In this document: positions 1-13,421 of the stretch, piece after piece
Numbering within the stretch: position 1 is the first letter of the stretch
How the letters are laid out: every line of letters starts with the position of its first letter
Origin: Mobula hypostoma
Lineage: Eukaryota
Reading direction: 5' to 3'
DNA: 64,000 nt
Assembly (NCBI RefSeq): GCF_963921235.1
Contig: NC_086108.1
Coordinates: forward strand, 49,416,001 to 49,480,000
Program-made: the position numbers and the translations under genes
Notes under the pieces: model-generated
The model's database searches: none
Seen by the model: only the letters and a program-made list of their open reading frames with translations
What the model was told of the DNA's origin: nothing

Positions 1-964
1 ATGCAGCAGTTGGCCACGGAAGCTGAGTGCAGCAGACATTAAACTGGTGTCCCTTCTAAATGAGAAGATGGCCATCACTGTTATCAGCTCTGAACTCACA
101 GAAACCTCTGAAACCTAAGTACAGTCTGGAAAAGTCTTGTCAGAAAACTTGGATGAGTTGCTGCCAAAAAAAACATTTCTCTGAAGTGGAAACAAAGCCA
201 AGAGACTCACCTACGCACTAAAACACAAGGACTGGGGTGCTGAACAGCCTCAGCATTTGCTCGACTGACGACTAAATTTGAAATTTTTGGCTCAAACAGG
301 AGGCAGTTTGGCTGTAGAAGAGCTGGAGAGTGCTACATGGATGAGTGTCTGCAATCAACAGTGAAGCACGGTGGAGATTCCCTGCAGCTTTTCAGCTGCA
401 TTTCCTGCAAATGGAGTTGGTAACCAGGTCAAAATTAATGGAATCCTCAATGTTGAGAAGTACAAACAAATTCTCATCCATCACATAATACCATCAGGGA
501 GGTGTCAGATCAGTCCCAACTTCAACCTGCAGCAGGACAATAATGCCAAATACATGACTACGGTCACAGAGAACTGTCTTCAGTAAAAAGAACAAGGAGT
601 TCTACAACAGATGGTATGGCCTCCACAGAGTGCTGATCACAACATCAAGGTTGTCAGAGATTACCTAGAATGACAGGAGCAAATAAGACAGCCAAAATCT
701 GCAGAACCTTGGCAAGTTCTCCAAGATGCTTACCAGCTGATTTTCTTATAAAACTGCACAACAGAATACCTCAGAGAATTAATGGAGTTTAAAGGTAAAG
801 GGTGGTCGCACTAAATATTGGTTTGATTTAGTGTTTTTTTTTACAGTTTGCTGCTCCTTATAGTGAATTTCTTGATATTTAGAAACTTTTCATTTTATTA
901 TTTTTGAAAGCATCTTTGCTTTACAGATCTTTTTAAATGTGCCTAAGACTTCCGCACAGTACCG
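1..964 (+). mobile_element. Tc1-like DNA transposon remnant (3' part, degenerate transposase plus right TIR)
   Basis: Degenerate Tc1 motifs in order: TVKHGG (acagtgaagcacggtgga ~358-377), QQDNNAK for QQDNDPKH (~529-550), WPPQSAD for WPxxSPDL (~617-637). Ends cctaagacttccgcacagtaccg followed by TA at 965-966. Frameshifts and stops present. Confidence 0.85.
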
Positions 965-979
965 TACGTAAAGAGGCTC

Positions 980-1620
980 TTGTCCGTCCTAAATAGTCAA
1001 CCCCTAATCGTGAGTCTATTTATTCTACATTCATATAATCCAGCACAGGGAAGCAGCTCCAGGATATCAGCAGTCTTATGTTGCCCCCCGCCCCCCCCCA
1101 AAATGTGTTGAGAATGACTGTCTCATATTCTGATCTGCTGGGTATAGGGCAATCTTACTTGGTCTCCTATCCTTATTTTAGAAGTAAACATGCTGTATCT
1201 GTTCCAAGGCAAGTGTATAATTTCTTCAGTGAGGAAAACAAATCACACTCAGTCTTTCAGTGAATAACACTTTTTTGTACTCCAAAGCCTTCACATTGAA
1301 AGGTAATATACCATTTGCTATCCTAATTGCTTTCTGTATCCACATGCTTATTTTGTGTGCTTTTGGAACTGTGACGCCAATATCTTTCTGCACACCCAAG
1401 TTTACCGCTTTCTTTAAGAATGTTAAAAGTTATTCTTTTCCATTCTTTATTAAAGTTAATAAATCCATATTTATCCCACTTTACATTCCAACTGCCAACT
1501 TCTTACCCACTTCTTTAACCTTTAAGTGCCCCCCTCCCCACCCGCCAACCTCTTTCTTGAATAGTTATCTCTGCTGTTCTCAGTCTTCTGGGAATCAAAG
1601 GAATTTTGAACAATCATCTT
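980..1620 (-). mobile_element. old degenerate CR1-like LINE fragment (host of the L1-like insertion; continues briefly after 4034)
   Basis: Resembles the minus-strand CR1 3' ORF2 sequence seen elsewhere in the window (e.g. ataccatttgctatcctaattgc, ttacattccaactgccaac). Confidence 0.5.
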
Positions 1621-4020
1621 TTTTTTAATTTTATTTTTATTTGGATAAGGAATTCACAATTATCATGTACTTTTTTCACACATATAACCTTTTCCATTTT
1701 TTATATGTATAAAACTACAATTATTTATACATTCTTAAGTACACATTGAGATGATATAAAAGGAAAATAAACATTTAAATAGATAATTATGTACTGTGGT
1801 AAATCTAACCTATTAGGCTAAGTAATGAAATTAGTTGTTAAGAAAAATGGTAATAATAGTTTCCATACAACCCTTCTGGACCATTTCCACTGGTCCAAAA
1901 TGTTGCATACAAGCCTATATACCAACCATTGTAGGTGTTTATATCCCAATTTGTTCGTGCTTGTTCCTGCCCGCAGACATAATTATCCAATCCCTATGTA
2001 CTTATTTACTTAATTTTTTCTTTTTTTTTTAATCCCTTTCCCAAATCTTTCCCTTTACTTGTGTTAATTCTCTATTTTCCAAAAAAAAACAAACATTTAG
2101 ACTAGGGGTGCTTACGTTAGCAATATTACTGTGTTGATGAGAAGAGTAATATAAATCATTAGGAGAGTCATCTAAAGTCTGCTCGCATTGTGGTTATATA
2201 TTCAATCCACTTATTCCAGATTTGATAAAATGTTTCTTTTTGAGTTCTCAGGGAGTAAGTCAACTTTTCCATTTTAAATATTTCCAAGATAATTTCGTAC
2301 CAATCTTCTAATGTAGGTGGTATTGGATTTAGCCATTTTCTAGTGATTGATTTCTTACTTGCCGCTAAGAGGGCCTGCAGCAACTTTATATCTTCCTTCT
2401 GTTCAAGGAACAATACATGCCCCAAATAGAGCGTCTCAAAGTTCAGAGGTATCTGGGACCTAAGTACCTTAACTAATGTTCTATGAATACCTTCCCAAAA
2501 TAGACTTAATTTAGGGCAATCCCAGAAAATATGAAAATGATTTGCCTCCTTGGAGCCGCACCTTCTCCAACACATCACATTGTATCTTTATATTTTTCCT
2601 GATATGGGGTCTTGAAGTATCTTATAATGTTTTTCCAACAATGTTCTCTCCAAGTCAAAGAATTAGTCGAGGACCATTGAAAGCTGCAGATTTTCCCCCA
2701 AGCCTCCTCTGAAAGTACCAACCCCGCTTCTTTCTCCCACTTCTCTTTAATATACAGTGTATTTACATTCTTAGCATGGGAGAGTGCATTATATAGGCGA
2801 GAAACTGATTTACTAGGTATTGAACTGCAAGCCGAATTCAGAATCTTGAAAAATTCTAATTCTACTGTTGATAGGTCTGTATATCTACAACTCTGGTTAA
2901 CATAGTTTCGTATTTGAAGGTACCTAAAAAAGTCATTATGTTCTAGGCCATGTTTGTCCTGCAGGATTTGGAAACTTTGTAATACTCTTTTATCTATAAA
3001 TGAGAGGTAGGTTGTAAGACCCTTCTTTATCCATAGCTCAAATCTTTTATCTCCTCTGCTGGGAAGGAATTCGGTATCATATGCACACCATCTAAAGAGT
3101 TTTAGCATGTTATTAATTCCACATGAATTAACCACCTTCTGCCATACTTTTAATGTAAGATTTATCCAAGCATTATTAAATTTTTCCAACTGGGCCATCA
3201 ATCCTTTGTCAGCTATTGAGGCCTGAAGAGGAAACTGTCAACTAATCCAAATTCTATTTCCTTCCATCTAACCTTATATTCCCTATTACACCAATATAAC
3301 AGAGGGGTTATCTGTGAAGCATAAAAATAATTTCTCAGGCAAGGAAGAACCATACCTCCTCCTTCCTTCCCTAACTGTAAGGTGTTATATCGAATTCTAG
3401 GTTTCCTTCCTTGCCAAATGAAGCGGGAAATCCATTTGTCCCATTCCCTGAATTGATTATCATCCACCTCCACTGGTAAAGTACAGAAAAGATATAATAA
3501 CCGAGGAAGAATATTCATTTTTATAGTATTTATCCTTGAATTTAAACTTAAAAAGGGGATAAGATTCCATCTATGCATATCTGCTTTTATCTCTGAGATT
3601 AATGGCCCATAATTTACCTGTGACAGTGTTGAAAGATCCTTCGGCAGGGTTATTCCTAAATATTTTAATGATTTAGCTTCCCACTTAAGATCGTATGTAT
3701 CCTGCAATTTTTTGGATGGTGTATAATTTAGGGACATAACCTGCGTTTTCTTTACATTTATTTTATAACCTGATATTTTCCCAAAGTTATCCAACAGTGT
3801 AAACAATCCTATAAATGATTTTTCTGGTTCACTCAGATAGACCAAAACATCATCTGCGAATAACGCCACTTTCTGTTCAATCCCTGCCACCTTGATACCT
3901 TTTACGATTTCGCTCTGTCTTATTAGTTGGGCAAGTGGTTCAATATATAGCGCAAAACGGAGAGGAGAAATTGGGCATCCCTGTCTAGTGCCTCTCTCTA
4001 AAATGAAGGAGTCAGAGAGG
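1621..4020 (-). mobile_element. 5'-truncated L1/Tx1-clade LINE (ORF2 RT C-terminal part, CCHC knuckle, 3'UTR, polyA tail)
   Basis: ORFs 3213..4046, 2575..3201 and 2168..2578 (-) contain [20 protein letters not shown] and CWRRC..HIFWDC. T-tract with tttatt at ~1619-1642 is the polyA tail/AATAAA on the minus strand. Perfect 14-bp TSD tgaacaatcatctt at 1607-1620 and 4021-4034. Confidence 0.92.
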
Positions 4021-4116
4021 TGAACAATCATCTTAAATGTATCCACTATCGCTACTATTTGTGGGTTTCAAAATATTGTGATGAAAGCATTTGTTTGCTT
4101 TTAGTACCCATAATTT

Positions 4117-6085
4117 CCATAAGACCATAAGATATAGGAGCTGAAGCAGGCCATTCGGCCCATCGAACCTGCTCCACCATTCAATCATGAGCTGATCCAA
4201 TTTTTCCAGTCATCCCCACTCCCCTGCCTTCTCCCCGTACCCTTTGATGCCCTGGCTAATCAAGAACCTAGCCACCTGTGCCATAAATGCACCCAATCAC
4301 TTGGCCTCCACAGCTGCTTGTGGCAACAAATTCCACAGTTTTACCACCCTATGACTAAAGTAATTTCTCCACACCTCTGTTCTAAATGGATGTCCTTCAA
4401 TCCTGAAGTTGTGCCCTCTTGTCCTATACTCCCCTACCATGGGAAATAACTTTGCCATATCTAATCTGTTCAGGCCTTTTAACATTTGGAATGTTTTTAT
4501 GAGATCCCCCCTCATTCTCCTAAACTCCAGGGAATATAGCCCAAGAGCTACCAGATGTCTTTCATACGGTAACCCTTTCATTCCTGGAATCATTCTCGTG
4601 AATCTTCGCTGAACTCACTCCAATGTCAGTATATCCTTCCTAAAATAAGGAGCCCAAAACTGCACACAATACTCCAAGTGTGGTCTCACAAGTCCCTTAT
4701 AGAGCCTCAACATCACATCCCGGCTCTTACATTCTATACCTCTAGAAATGAATGCCAACATTGCATTTGCCTTCTTCACTACCGACTTAGCCTGGAGATT
4801 AACCTTTCGGGTATCCTGCACAAGGACTCCCAAGTCCCTTTGCATCTCTGCATTTTGAATTCTCTTCACATCTAAATAATAGTCTGCCCATTTATTTCTT
4901 CCACCAAAGTGCATGACCATATACTTTCCAACATCGTATTTAATTTGCCATTTTGCCCATTCCCCTAAACTATCTAAGTCTCTCTGCAGGCTCTCTGTTT
5001 CCTCAACACTATCTTCCCGATCCTCCACCTATCTTTGTATCATCAGCAAATTTAGCTGCAAATCCATTAATCCCACAGTCCAAATCATTGACATACATCG
5101 TAAAATACATCAGTCCCAATACCGACCCCTGTGGAACTCCACTGGTAACTGGCAGCCAGCCAGAATAGGATCCCTTTATTCCCACTCTCTGTTTTCTGCC
5201 GATCAGTCAGTGCTTCACCCGTGCTAGTAACGCCCCATGGGCTCTTACCTTGCTAAGCAGCCTTGTGTGTGGCACCTTGTCAAAGGCCTTCTGAAAATCC
5301 AAGTACACCACGTCTACTACATCTCCTTTGTCTACCCTGCTTGTAATTGCCTCAAAAAATTATGTAGGTTAGTCAGGCAGGATTTTCCTTTCAGGAAGCC
5401 ATGCTGGCTTTGGCCTCCAGGCACTCCATAATGTCATTCCTAACAATCGATTCCAATGTCTTCCCAACCACTGATGTCAGTCTAACAGGTCTATAGTTTC
5501 CTTTCTGCTGCCTCCCAGCCTTCTTAAATAGCGGAGTAACATTTGTAATTTTCCAGTCATCTGGTACAATGCCAGAATCTTATCGATTCCTGAAAGATCA
5601 TTGTTAATGTCTCTGCAATCTCTCCAGCTGCTTCTTTCAGAACCCGAGGGTGCATTTCATCAGGTCCAGGAGATTTATCCACCCTCAGACCATTAAGCTT
5701 CCTGAACACCTTCTCAGTCGTAATTTTCACTGACACTCTTGAATGTCTGGTATACTACAGATGTCTTCCACTGTGAAGACTGCTGCAGAATATGCATTCA
5801 TTTCCTCTGCATTCTCTGTGTCTCTCATTACAATATCTCCAGTGTCATTTTCTATTTGTCCTATACCTACCCTAAGCTCTTTTACTCTTTATATACTTAA
5901 AAATGCTTTTAGTATCTTCTTTGATATTAGTGCCAGCTTCCTTTCATAATTCATCTTTTCCTTTCTAATGACCACCTGCAAGTTTTTAAAAGCTTCCCAA
6001 TCCTCTTAATCTTCCCACTAGCTTTGGCTTCCTTGTATGCCCTCTCTTTTGCTTTTACTTTCGCTCTGATTTCACTTGTCAGCTA
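4117..6085 (-). mobile_element. CR1-like LINE, truncated and internally deleted
   Basis: RPHLEYCVQFWAP and LGLYSLEFRRMRGDLI motifs; 3' tail repeat ccataagaccataagatatagg at ~4117. Confidence 0.88.
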
Positions 6086-6408
6086 CTACATAATGTTTCA
6101 CAAATGGTTGTGGAAATCTGAATGCAGAAGCAAAAAGGAAAAGTTTATCATGCATGATGAGAATTTAACTGAAATAACACTGTTCTTAAATTGGTGAAAA
6201 GAGACGGTGAAGTTTAGGGAGAGGGTTCCAGAGAACAGTCGAAGTAGAGATCTTTACAGTTTAGTTCAGATAAAAATAATAAATAGTTTTGTGCACATTT
6301 TCATTGTTTTGGAACATTATTTCCTTTTGCTACTGCTGATCATATATTTGCATGGCAATTCACCTTCTTTAGTTTGTTTGTGACCAACGTATGTCCGTTT
6401 CCCTGCAG

Positions 6409-6630
6409 GCTATGGCTATTTAGATGATGTGACTCTGATTAGTGCTCGTCCTGGCTCTGGAAGTCCTGCTGACTGGGTGGAACAGTGTACCTGCCCGACT
6501 GCATATCAGGGACAATTCTGTGAACAGTGTGCTTTGGGCTACAGAAGGGATGATCCCAGTCGTGGATCATTCAGTCCCTGTGTGCCTTGCAGCTGTAATG
6601 CACATAGTGATACCTGTGATCCTGAAAGTG
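6409..6630 (+). CDS. lamc1: laminin gamma-1 exon (exon 12 equivalent, 222 nt): end of L4 and first LEb repeats
   Basis: ccctgcag acceptor, gtgagt donor; YGYLDDVTLISARPGSGSPADWVEQCTCP...GQFCEQC...CDPES. Confidence 0.95.
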
Positions 6631-7074
6631 GTGAGTACCCAGAGCTTGTCTGTGGAGAGATCTCAGGAAAGTAGGTCAATATTTTATGCAGTGGAGTTCA
6701 TATCATCTAACTTTTTAACACATTTTTTTCTTATTTTCCATTTTCCCCAATATGCTCCCATTCTTGGGTCAGAGGGAACCTAATCTAGGCAGTACAATTC
6801 TTCAACTTACAATGCACTTAAATAAAATATATGTGCTTTTCATTTTTGGTTCAATTAGATTTTTGTTTTGAAAATCTATACTTTTGCTTCATTTCATAGG
6901 AGATGATGTTTATTAATCTTTCTACACCATTGTTTACGTGCATGGCAGCTAAAGTCAAGTCTTGTTTAATACTACGTGGTACGGGGAAAGTTGGTCCTTT
7001 CGGCTGAGGAGCATGCTATTTTGCTGGCACCAAGCCGAATTGTCATGGGTGAGGGGATCGGGACTCTTTTATTC

Positions 7075-7210
7075 CATGATTGTGTTTTTGTGTGTGGCTC
7101 TTGGTAATGTGTTTTAGCACCTTGACCCCGTAGTAACAATGTCTTGTTTGGCTGTATTCATGAGCATTCATGTATGGTTGAATGACAATTAAACTTGATT
7201 TGAACTGAAT
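7075..7210 (+). mobile_element. LINE 3'-tail fragment (Rex1/Babar or L2-like)
   Basis: Ends gaatgacaattaaacttgatttgaactgaa; resembles the reverse complement of the LINE tail at ~42745-42830. Confidence 0.5.
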
Positions 7211-7329
7211 TATATTTTGCTGTTTCCTTACTGTCATTTTCTGATAGTGCATCTGGGTAGTTTTTGTTTGAATATCAAGTGGATCCATAATTGTCAGCAA
7301 AAATTTTGACCAGGTTCAAAAGGGTTTGC

Positions 7330-7720
7330 AGGTTCATTTATTATCAAAGTATGTATACAGTATACAACTCTGAGATTCTTCTTCTCCAGATAGCCACAAA
7401 ATGAAGAAAACCATGGAAGTCTGTTCAAAGAGAAACAGCAAACCCACCCCCCAGCCCCGCAAAAAAAAATGACTGGCAACGCAACCATCAACCCACAAAG
7501 CACAACAAGAACATCAGCCTGCAAATCCCCCTCCCTCACACTAAAAACTAACAAATACGGAACGAGAATATCAACCCCCGTACCCCCCTCTCCCCACAGA
7601 AAAATTGAGGAAAAAACCAGCGACAGCACAGAATATAAAAACCACAAGACCCCATGGTCCAAATCCACAAGCACAGAACCTCGGTAACATCCTCCAACAT
7701 TATCAAGAGAGAGAGAAACA
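7330..7720 (-). mobile_element. non-coding retroposon fragment with a Rex1/Babar-like 3' tail
   Basis: gttcatttattatcaaagtatgtatacagtatacaactctgagattc start, shared with elements at ~16880, ~29205 and ~63190. Confidence 0.55.
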
Positions 7721-8378
7721 CCATGTATTAAAATATTTGTGAGAAGTTGTTGTCCTGCCTTAATATCAAATTAAACCCTCAAATTAAGAAATCATTACTA
7801 TTGTTGATTAAATCTACGGGAGATGAGGTTTCAAGGAACACTTTTTTTTTACATTGAGCATCATAAAATTAGATAATGTCTACTGGCCAAATTTTGAAGT
7901 GAATTTCAGTGCTGTTTTGATGAAATATTTTCATAGAGTCAAAATCCTGGTTTTCCTTTCTTAAAGCCACATAGATAGCAATAACTCTAAAAAAATTTAG
8001 TCCAAGAACTATCCCTTTAAAGGCACATTTGGAATGAACAATAAATGCCCACATCCTGGGAATTGATTCTTTGAAAGTTTTCTTTTAATTCATTAAATCT
8101 TCAATAAATTCACATACTTATGTTCAAACAAAAAATGTGAATTTTCTGAGATATTAGTAATATGTTCCTAATTCTGATGTTATGCCGGATGACCTATTTA
8201 TGTATTAAATGTGGAAAAATCAGAAAGATTTCTCTGCTTCAGTGCAATTGGTGGAGGCAAATGGGGAAGAAAAGGGTGGTCAGTGCATTTGTATCTATTT
8301 AACAGTTGTAACAGAAGCAGAATTTCAGTCCCTATGTTTGATACACGGATAATTAACTCTCTTTAATCTGGTGCAAAG

Positions 8379-8567
8379 GTGAATGTTACTGTAGAGACAA
8401 CACAGCAGGACCAAATTGTGAGCGGTGTAAAGATGGATACTATGGTGATCCTACAGTTGGTAACACAGATGACTGTAAGCCATGTCCTTGTCCAGCTGGT
8501 TCAAGCTGTGCTGAGGTACCTAAAACTGGGAATATTGTGTGCACCAACTGCCCTGAAGGGACCACAG
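8379..8567 (+). CDS. lamc1: laminin gamma-1 exon (exon 13 equivalent, 189 nt), LE repeats
   Basis: gtgcaaag acceptor, gtgaga donor; [24 protein letters not shown]...CTNCPEGTT; phase matches both neighbours. Confidence 0.95.
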
Positions 8568-10143
8568 GTGAGATGCTCAAAACTTTCATTAATTCTGTTA
8601 AAATTAACTTGTTCTCGTACATCATGCTGTTTAATTATAAAAGGTTATTGTCTTTTTTTGTATTCTTATCTGTATCACATTGGCATTTCAGTGCTCCTAA
8701 TGGAATTTGTTGGCTAGATATTTGGGATTGGAATAAAGGCCTCCACTTAAGCAACTTCCTTAAAAATCTTCAGCTTGCAGCTCATGCATGCAAAAATCTC
8801 AATGAATGAATGCGCACTTCACAGAAATCACACAGCTATACTTTTCAGCGGTTGCCTTATTTGCAAATCATCTCTCATAGCAGCAAAGAATTAATGGAAA
8901 ACAGAGGGCATGTCCTTCTTGGACAATGGTCTCTACAAATACATATAATCAATAACTGTCAGATGCTTTTCAGAAGACCACACTTTGTGTAACGTTAATA
9001 GGATTATATGTTCACAGAAGGCCATTCAGCCCACTTGCCTGTTAGAGCAGTTCTATCAAACCCATTCCCCATGTGACCCTAAACTTATACACACAGACCC
9101 TTCAATGTCCCGTTGCTGTTAATGCTATTTAACCATTTGGGTCATGACTTAGCTGAAGAAGGTCAATGAAGGCTAGCAAATAACAAAATGTATATTTGGG
9201 GGAGGATGTTAATAGGGCATGCAGTTCAAAATTACCAGGAAAAGGAAGAAAAGTCAGTGCTGAGTAAAGAAAATATAAACCTGGAATGGTGAATTGCCTT
9301 AAAACATTATCGTGCTCAAGAGCCCGAAATGCAGCAGAATTGCTTTGGATGTGAAGTATCTTTGGGACCAAGGAAGCGAGAAGGTGTGCAAGATATTCTC
9401 TGGGGGGCGGGTGAAGCGTGTAACTGCTATGAGAATGGGTAGTATTGCAATTGCAACAGTCCTCTGGAGTACTGAATGGAGGCAGTGAGGTCAGATGTGA
9501 TGGGAGGTGACTCAAGGATGAATTGTGAATATGAAGGCTTGTAAGCTCAATGACTAGTGGACCCATCCTTGTGCAGTGTCTGTATTTAAGAAGATAATTT
9601 CTATATTTAGTGTTTGTTATCTTCATTTTAATTTGTTTGCTTCCTGTTCTTTTTAAGGAATTACCAGAGTTATAATGCTGATCTTGCAGTCAGTTGTACA
9701 TAAATGCATCTGGCACACAGGTAGATTTTTTATCAAAATTAGGTGCTATACAAAAATTTGAAAAAAAAACAGCATATAAATTAACCCATCATGGATTTCT
9801 GCATAGCTTTTGCATGTGTGGCAATCCAAGCATCATCCACAGGTAAGGCAAAATTGACAAATACAGGGAAATGGTGTATTTGGGCAAACTTTGCTCAGGT
9901 ACATATGAAGGTCCATATTTTGTGCTCATTTTAGTAAATCAAACATTTACTATAACTTTAGAATAACTACATTTCTAATGAAAGCCATTGCTCTAAACAT
10001 TAAGTATGTTTCTCTTCATCAAAAGCTCCCTGACCTACTGAGTATTTTCAGTATTTCCATTGTTTTTAGTACATACTTCTAGCATCTGCAATTTCTCTTC
10101 GAGTTTTTTTTTCCACTTCTCATTGCAGTGCATTTGCTTTCAG

Positions 10144-10389
10144 GTAAAAGGTGTGAGCTCTGTGACGACGGATACTATGGTGACCCATTAGGAGAAGAAG
10201 GGGCTGTGAGGCCATGCAAACCATGCCACTGTAGTGACAACATTGATCCAAATGCCGTGGGGAACTGTAATCGGCTGACAGGAGAGTGTCTGAAGTGCAC
10301 CTACAACACCGACGGATTCTACTGTGATAAATGTAAAGATGGATTTTACGGAAATGCATTAAATCCAATTCCTTCAGAAAAATGCAAGG
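10144..10389 (+). CDS. lamc1: laminin gamma-1 exon (exon 14 equivalent, 246 nt), nidogen-binding LE module
   Basis: tttcag acceptor, gtgagt donor; [15 protein letters not shown]...[23 protein letters not shown]. Confidence 0.97.
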
Positions 10390-10900
10390 GTGAGTCTTAC
10401 ATTTGCCTTGCCCATTAAATGTTCCTAAAATAACCTAAATAATTTCTTTAAAAATGGTTTTATTATAATCTTCATGAAATGTAGTTAATTTCAAATTCGT
10501 CCATCTGAAACATAAAGTCCATTTGATTTTTTTTACTGCATTAGAAACATTGTATAACTTGTATGTTGTAGGGAAATCATTATAATATCACTTTAGTAGA
10601 AATGGGAGAAGGTTGATGAAGCGTATGTTGGCAGTTGCTCTTTACAATTGGCATCAGGACTGATTTAAAGTTTACCATTTGTTATTACCTTTTAATCCAC
10701 AGTAACTCTGATACATTCATGACTTTTTCTTTTTTGTGTGTGTTTGGGGGGGGGGGCAGTGGTTTGTGGTTGGAATCCATAGCAGGAAATTTCTTAGCAG
10801 AAATGATCAAACCTCTCAGCAACCGAGAATAATGGAAGTAAGAGCCTTGCGGACTCCACCAGCTTCTTTCACAATATAATGTGCTTATTTTCTCTTCCAG

Positions 10901-11054
10901 CTTGTAACTGTTCTCCTTATGGCACTGTGGGTCAGCAGAGGAACTGCAACCAGATTACAGGTCTATGCGAGTGCTTAGCTCATGTCATGGGTAGAGACTG
11001 TAGTCAGTGTGAGCCCGGCTTCTATAATCTTCTTAGTGGTCAGGGCTGTCAAAG
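10901..11054 (+). CDS. lamc1: laminin gamma-1 exon (exon 15 equivalent, 154 nt)
   Basis: tctcttccag acceptor, gtaagt donor; ACNCSPYGTVGQQRNCNQITGLCECLAHVMGRDCSQCEPGFYNLLSGQGCQ. Confidence 0.95.
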
Positions 11055-11264
11055 GTAAGTCAAGTAGAACAACTTTCTGCCCCCATTCTTTAGCTGATTA
11101 TTTAGCAGTTCTGTGTGCTCATATAATCTAATTGGAGACTAGTAGCTGATCCCACGTTATGTGGGTATACTAATCGAGTTTAGAATGGAGTAGCAGATAG
11201 CGCTCTAGGCACCAAGTATTGAGACCTGTATTATGATATTCCTGAAGAAATGGTAGAAGGATGA

Positions 11265-12208
11265 AAATATAGATGGGTGTGTTAGTAAATTTGCAGATGA
11301 CACCAAGATTGGTGGAGTTGTGGGTAGTGTAGAAGACTGCTAAATAATACAGCACAATACAGATCATTTGTAGATATGGGCTGAGAAATGGCAGATGGAG
11401 TTTAACCCAGATAAATGTGATGTGTTGCACTTCAGTAGGGCAAATACAAGGAGACAGTACACTGTTAGAGCAAGATCCTTAACAGTGTTGCTGAGCAGAG
11501 AGATCTTGGGAGCCAAGTTCATATTGTTTTGAAAGTAGCTACACGGGTCAATAGGGTGGTTAGGAACGCTTATGGAATGGTTGCTTTTAGTAGTCGAGGT
11601 ATTGAGTTCAAACGTTAGGAGGTTAGTTGCAACTTTATGAAGTTTTGGTTAGGCCACATCTGGAGTATTGCATACAGTTCTGGTCACCCCACTATAGGAG
11701 GGATGTTGAGGCTTTGGAGAAGGTCCAGGAGAGGTTCACCAGGATGCTGCCTGGTTTAGAATGCATGTGCCATCACGAGAGGCTGGGTAAACTTGGGAGT
11801 TTTCCCCAGAGTGTCAGAGACTGAAGGCAGGTCTGGTGGAGGTTTACAAGATTATGAAAGGCATAGATAAAGTGAACAGAGAGTATATGTTTCCCAAGGT
11901 TGAGATGTCTAATACCAGAAGGCATCCATTGGAGGTGAGAGGGGGTAAGTTCAAGGGGGATGTGAGGGGTAAGTTTTTTACTCGGGTGCCTGGAATGTGC
12001 CACCTGGTATGGTTGTAGAGGCAAATACATTAGAGCCTTTTCAGAGATGTTTCACTAGGCACGTGGATGTAAGGAAGATAGAGGGATATGGACGTGTAGG
12101 CAGGAGGGATTGGTGTTTGGGTGTTTTTGATTTGCTATTTTGGCTGGTTCAACACAACATTGTGGGCCAAATGGCCTGTTCTTGTGCTATACTGTTCTAT
12201 GTTCTATA
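11265..12208 (+). mobile_element. CR1-like LINE 3' fragment
   Basis: SKFADDTK-coding start, RPHLEYCIQFWSP, gttctatgttctat tail. Confidence 0.88.
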
Positions 12209-13202
12209 AAACATGGTCTTCCAGTTGATAGTGATGGAAATAAAATTGCATATTTCCCAAGATCCATTCATGATTTTTTAAAAAGTTGATATCATCATTT
12301 AGTTTGCTTCACTGTAAAATCAAAGGAACAGATCACTCTTGGTTGTAAGGGCAAAGTGAAAGGGACCATATGCTAAAAATCCTTTCTATAAGATAAAGCA
12401 TGTGATTTTCTGTTTAAAATATGTGACACCTATTTTATTTTCACATTGCTAATTGCACTGTGGATAAAATTACTGCAAGAATGGATGCATTATGATATTT
12501 GACCCTTTCATGAAACTTGGGAGGAACTACCTGAGCCTTGCTTGTGGACAGTGTACAAAGGGAATTCCAGCAAAAGCTGCATTCCTGTGGAAACTTCAGG
12601 AATGCTCTCTGCCATCTGATATCTCCTGACATATTGATGAATGCTGCTACTTAGTACTCATGACCTGTTGTTGCCCTGTCCCCTTCTGCGTCTGCCCTGT
12701 AGAATGCAAAACTATTGTATCCTACAAGAATGCCAACAATGTTAAGAGCAGAGTAATTCGTAAGATTATGAACATCAGTACAGAAAAGATACCTCTGCAA
12801 ATTATAGGTGTTGTAGTTGGCAATATGTATAAATTTCAGGAAAGAATGCTTGAACTTGTAAAGGATAGAGGGCAAGCAAGATGAAGAATTGCTGATAATG
12901 TTGGGAGATAATGGTATATATTTTCTCCTCAGAATGAGGATTGAAAGTGTGACTTAACAGCATGCATAAAAATCCATAGTTTCTAGGATGAGTGTCAGAT
13001 TTCCTTTTGCTTTTTTTTACATTTACCTCATGAGATTAAATATCTAGTTTGACTGTGCTTGAAAATTGGCTTAATGTATAGCAGACATTGGAAATAAAAC
13101 ATTTAGCACAGCCAAGACCAAATATAATTGTGGCATTTAAGACAATTTCACATTTCATTGAAACAGTGCACCATTGTTGCTAATACATTCTATGAAGGGT
13201 CA

Positions 13203-13421
13203 GTTGTTGTTGAGTGCCGTCAAGTCATTGTCGACCGACAGCGACCCTGTGGAGAGTGTAGTTGTCCATAGAGTTTTTGTGGCCAGATATGGAAGTAGAT
13301 TGCCAAGCCATTCTTCTGCACGGTTGCTGTTGTTGCCCAGGTTGGGTCCCTGGCGAGACTGGAACTCAGGACCATCCGCCTCAAAGTCCAGAGCTGATGC
13401 CACTACACTACCGGCTGGCCC
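13203..13421 (-). mobile_element. tRNA-derived SINE with an RTE-like 3' tail
   Basis: Minus strand reads ggccagccggtagtgtagtggcatc (A-box-like), gagttccagtc (B-box-like), and ends gggtcgctgtcggtcgacaatgacttgacggcact(caa)n. Confidence 0.7.

Noticed and set aside
13350..13421. tRNA gene
   Set aside because: No complete cloverleaf; runs directly into a SINE body and LINE-like tail.
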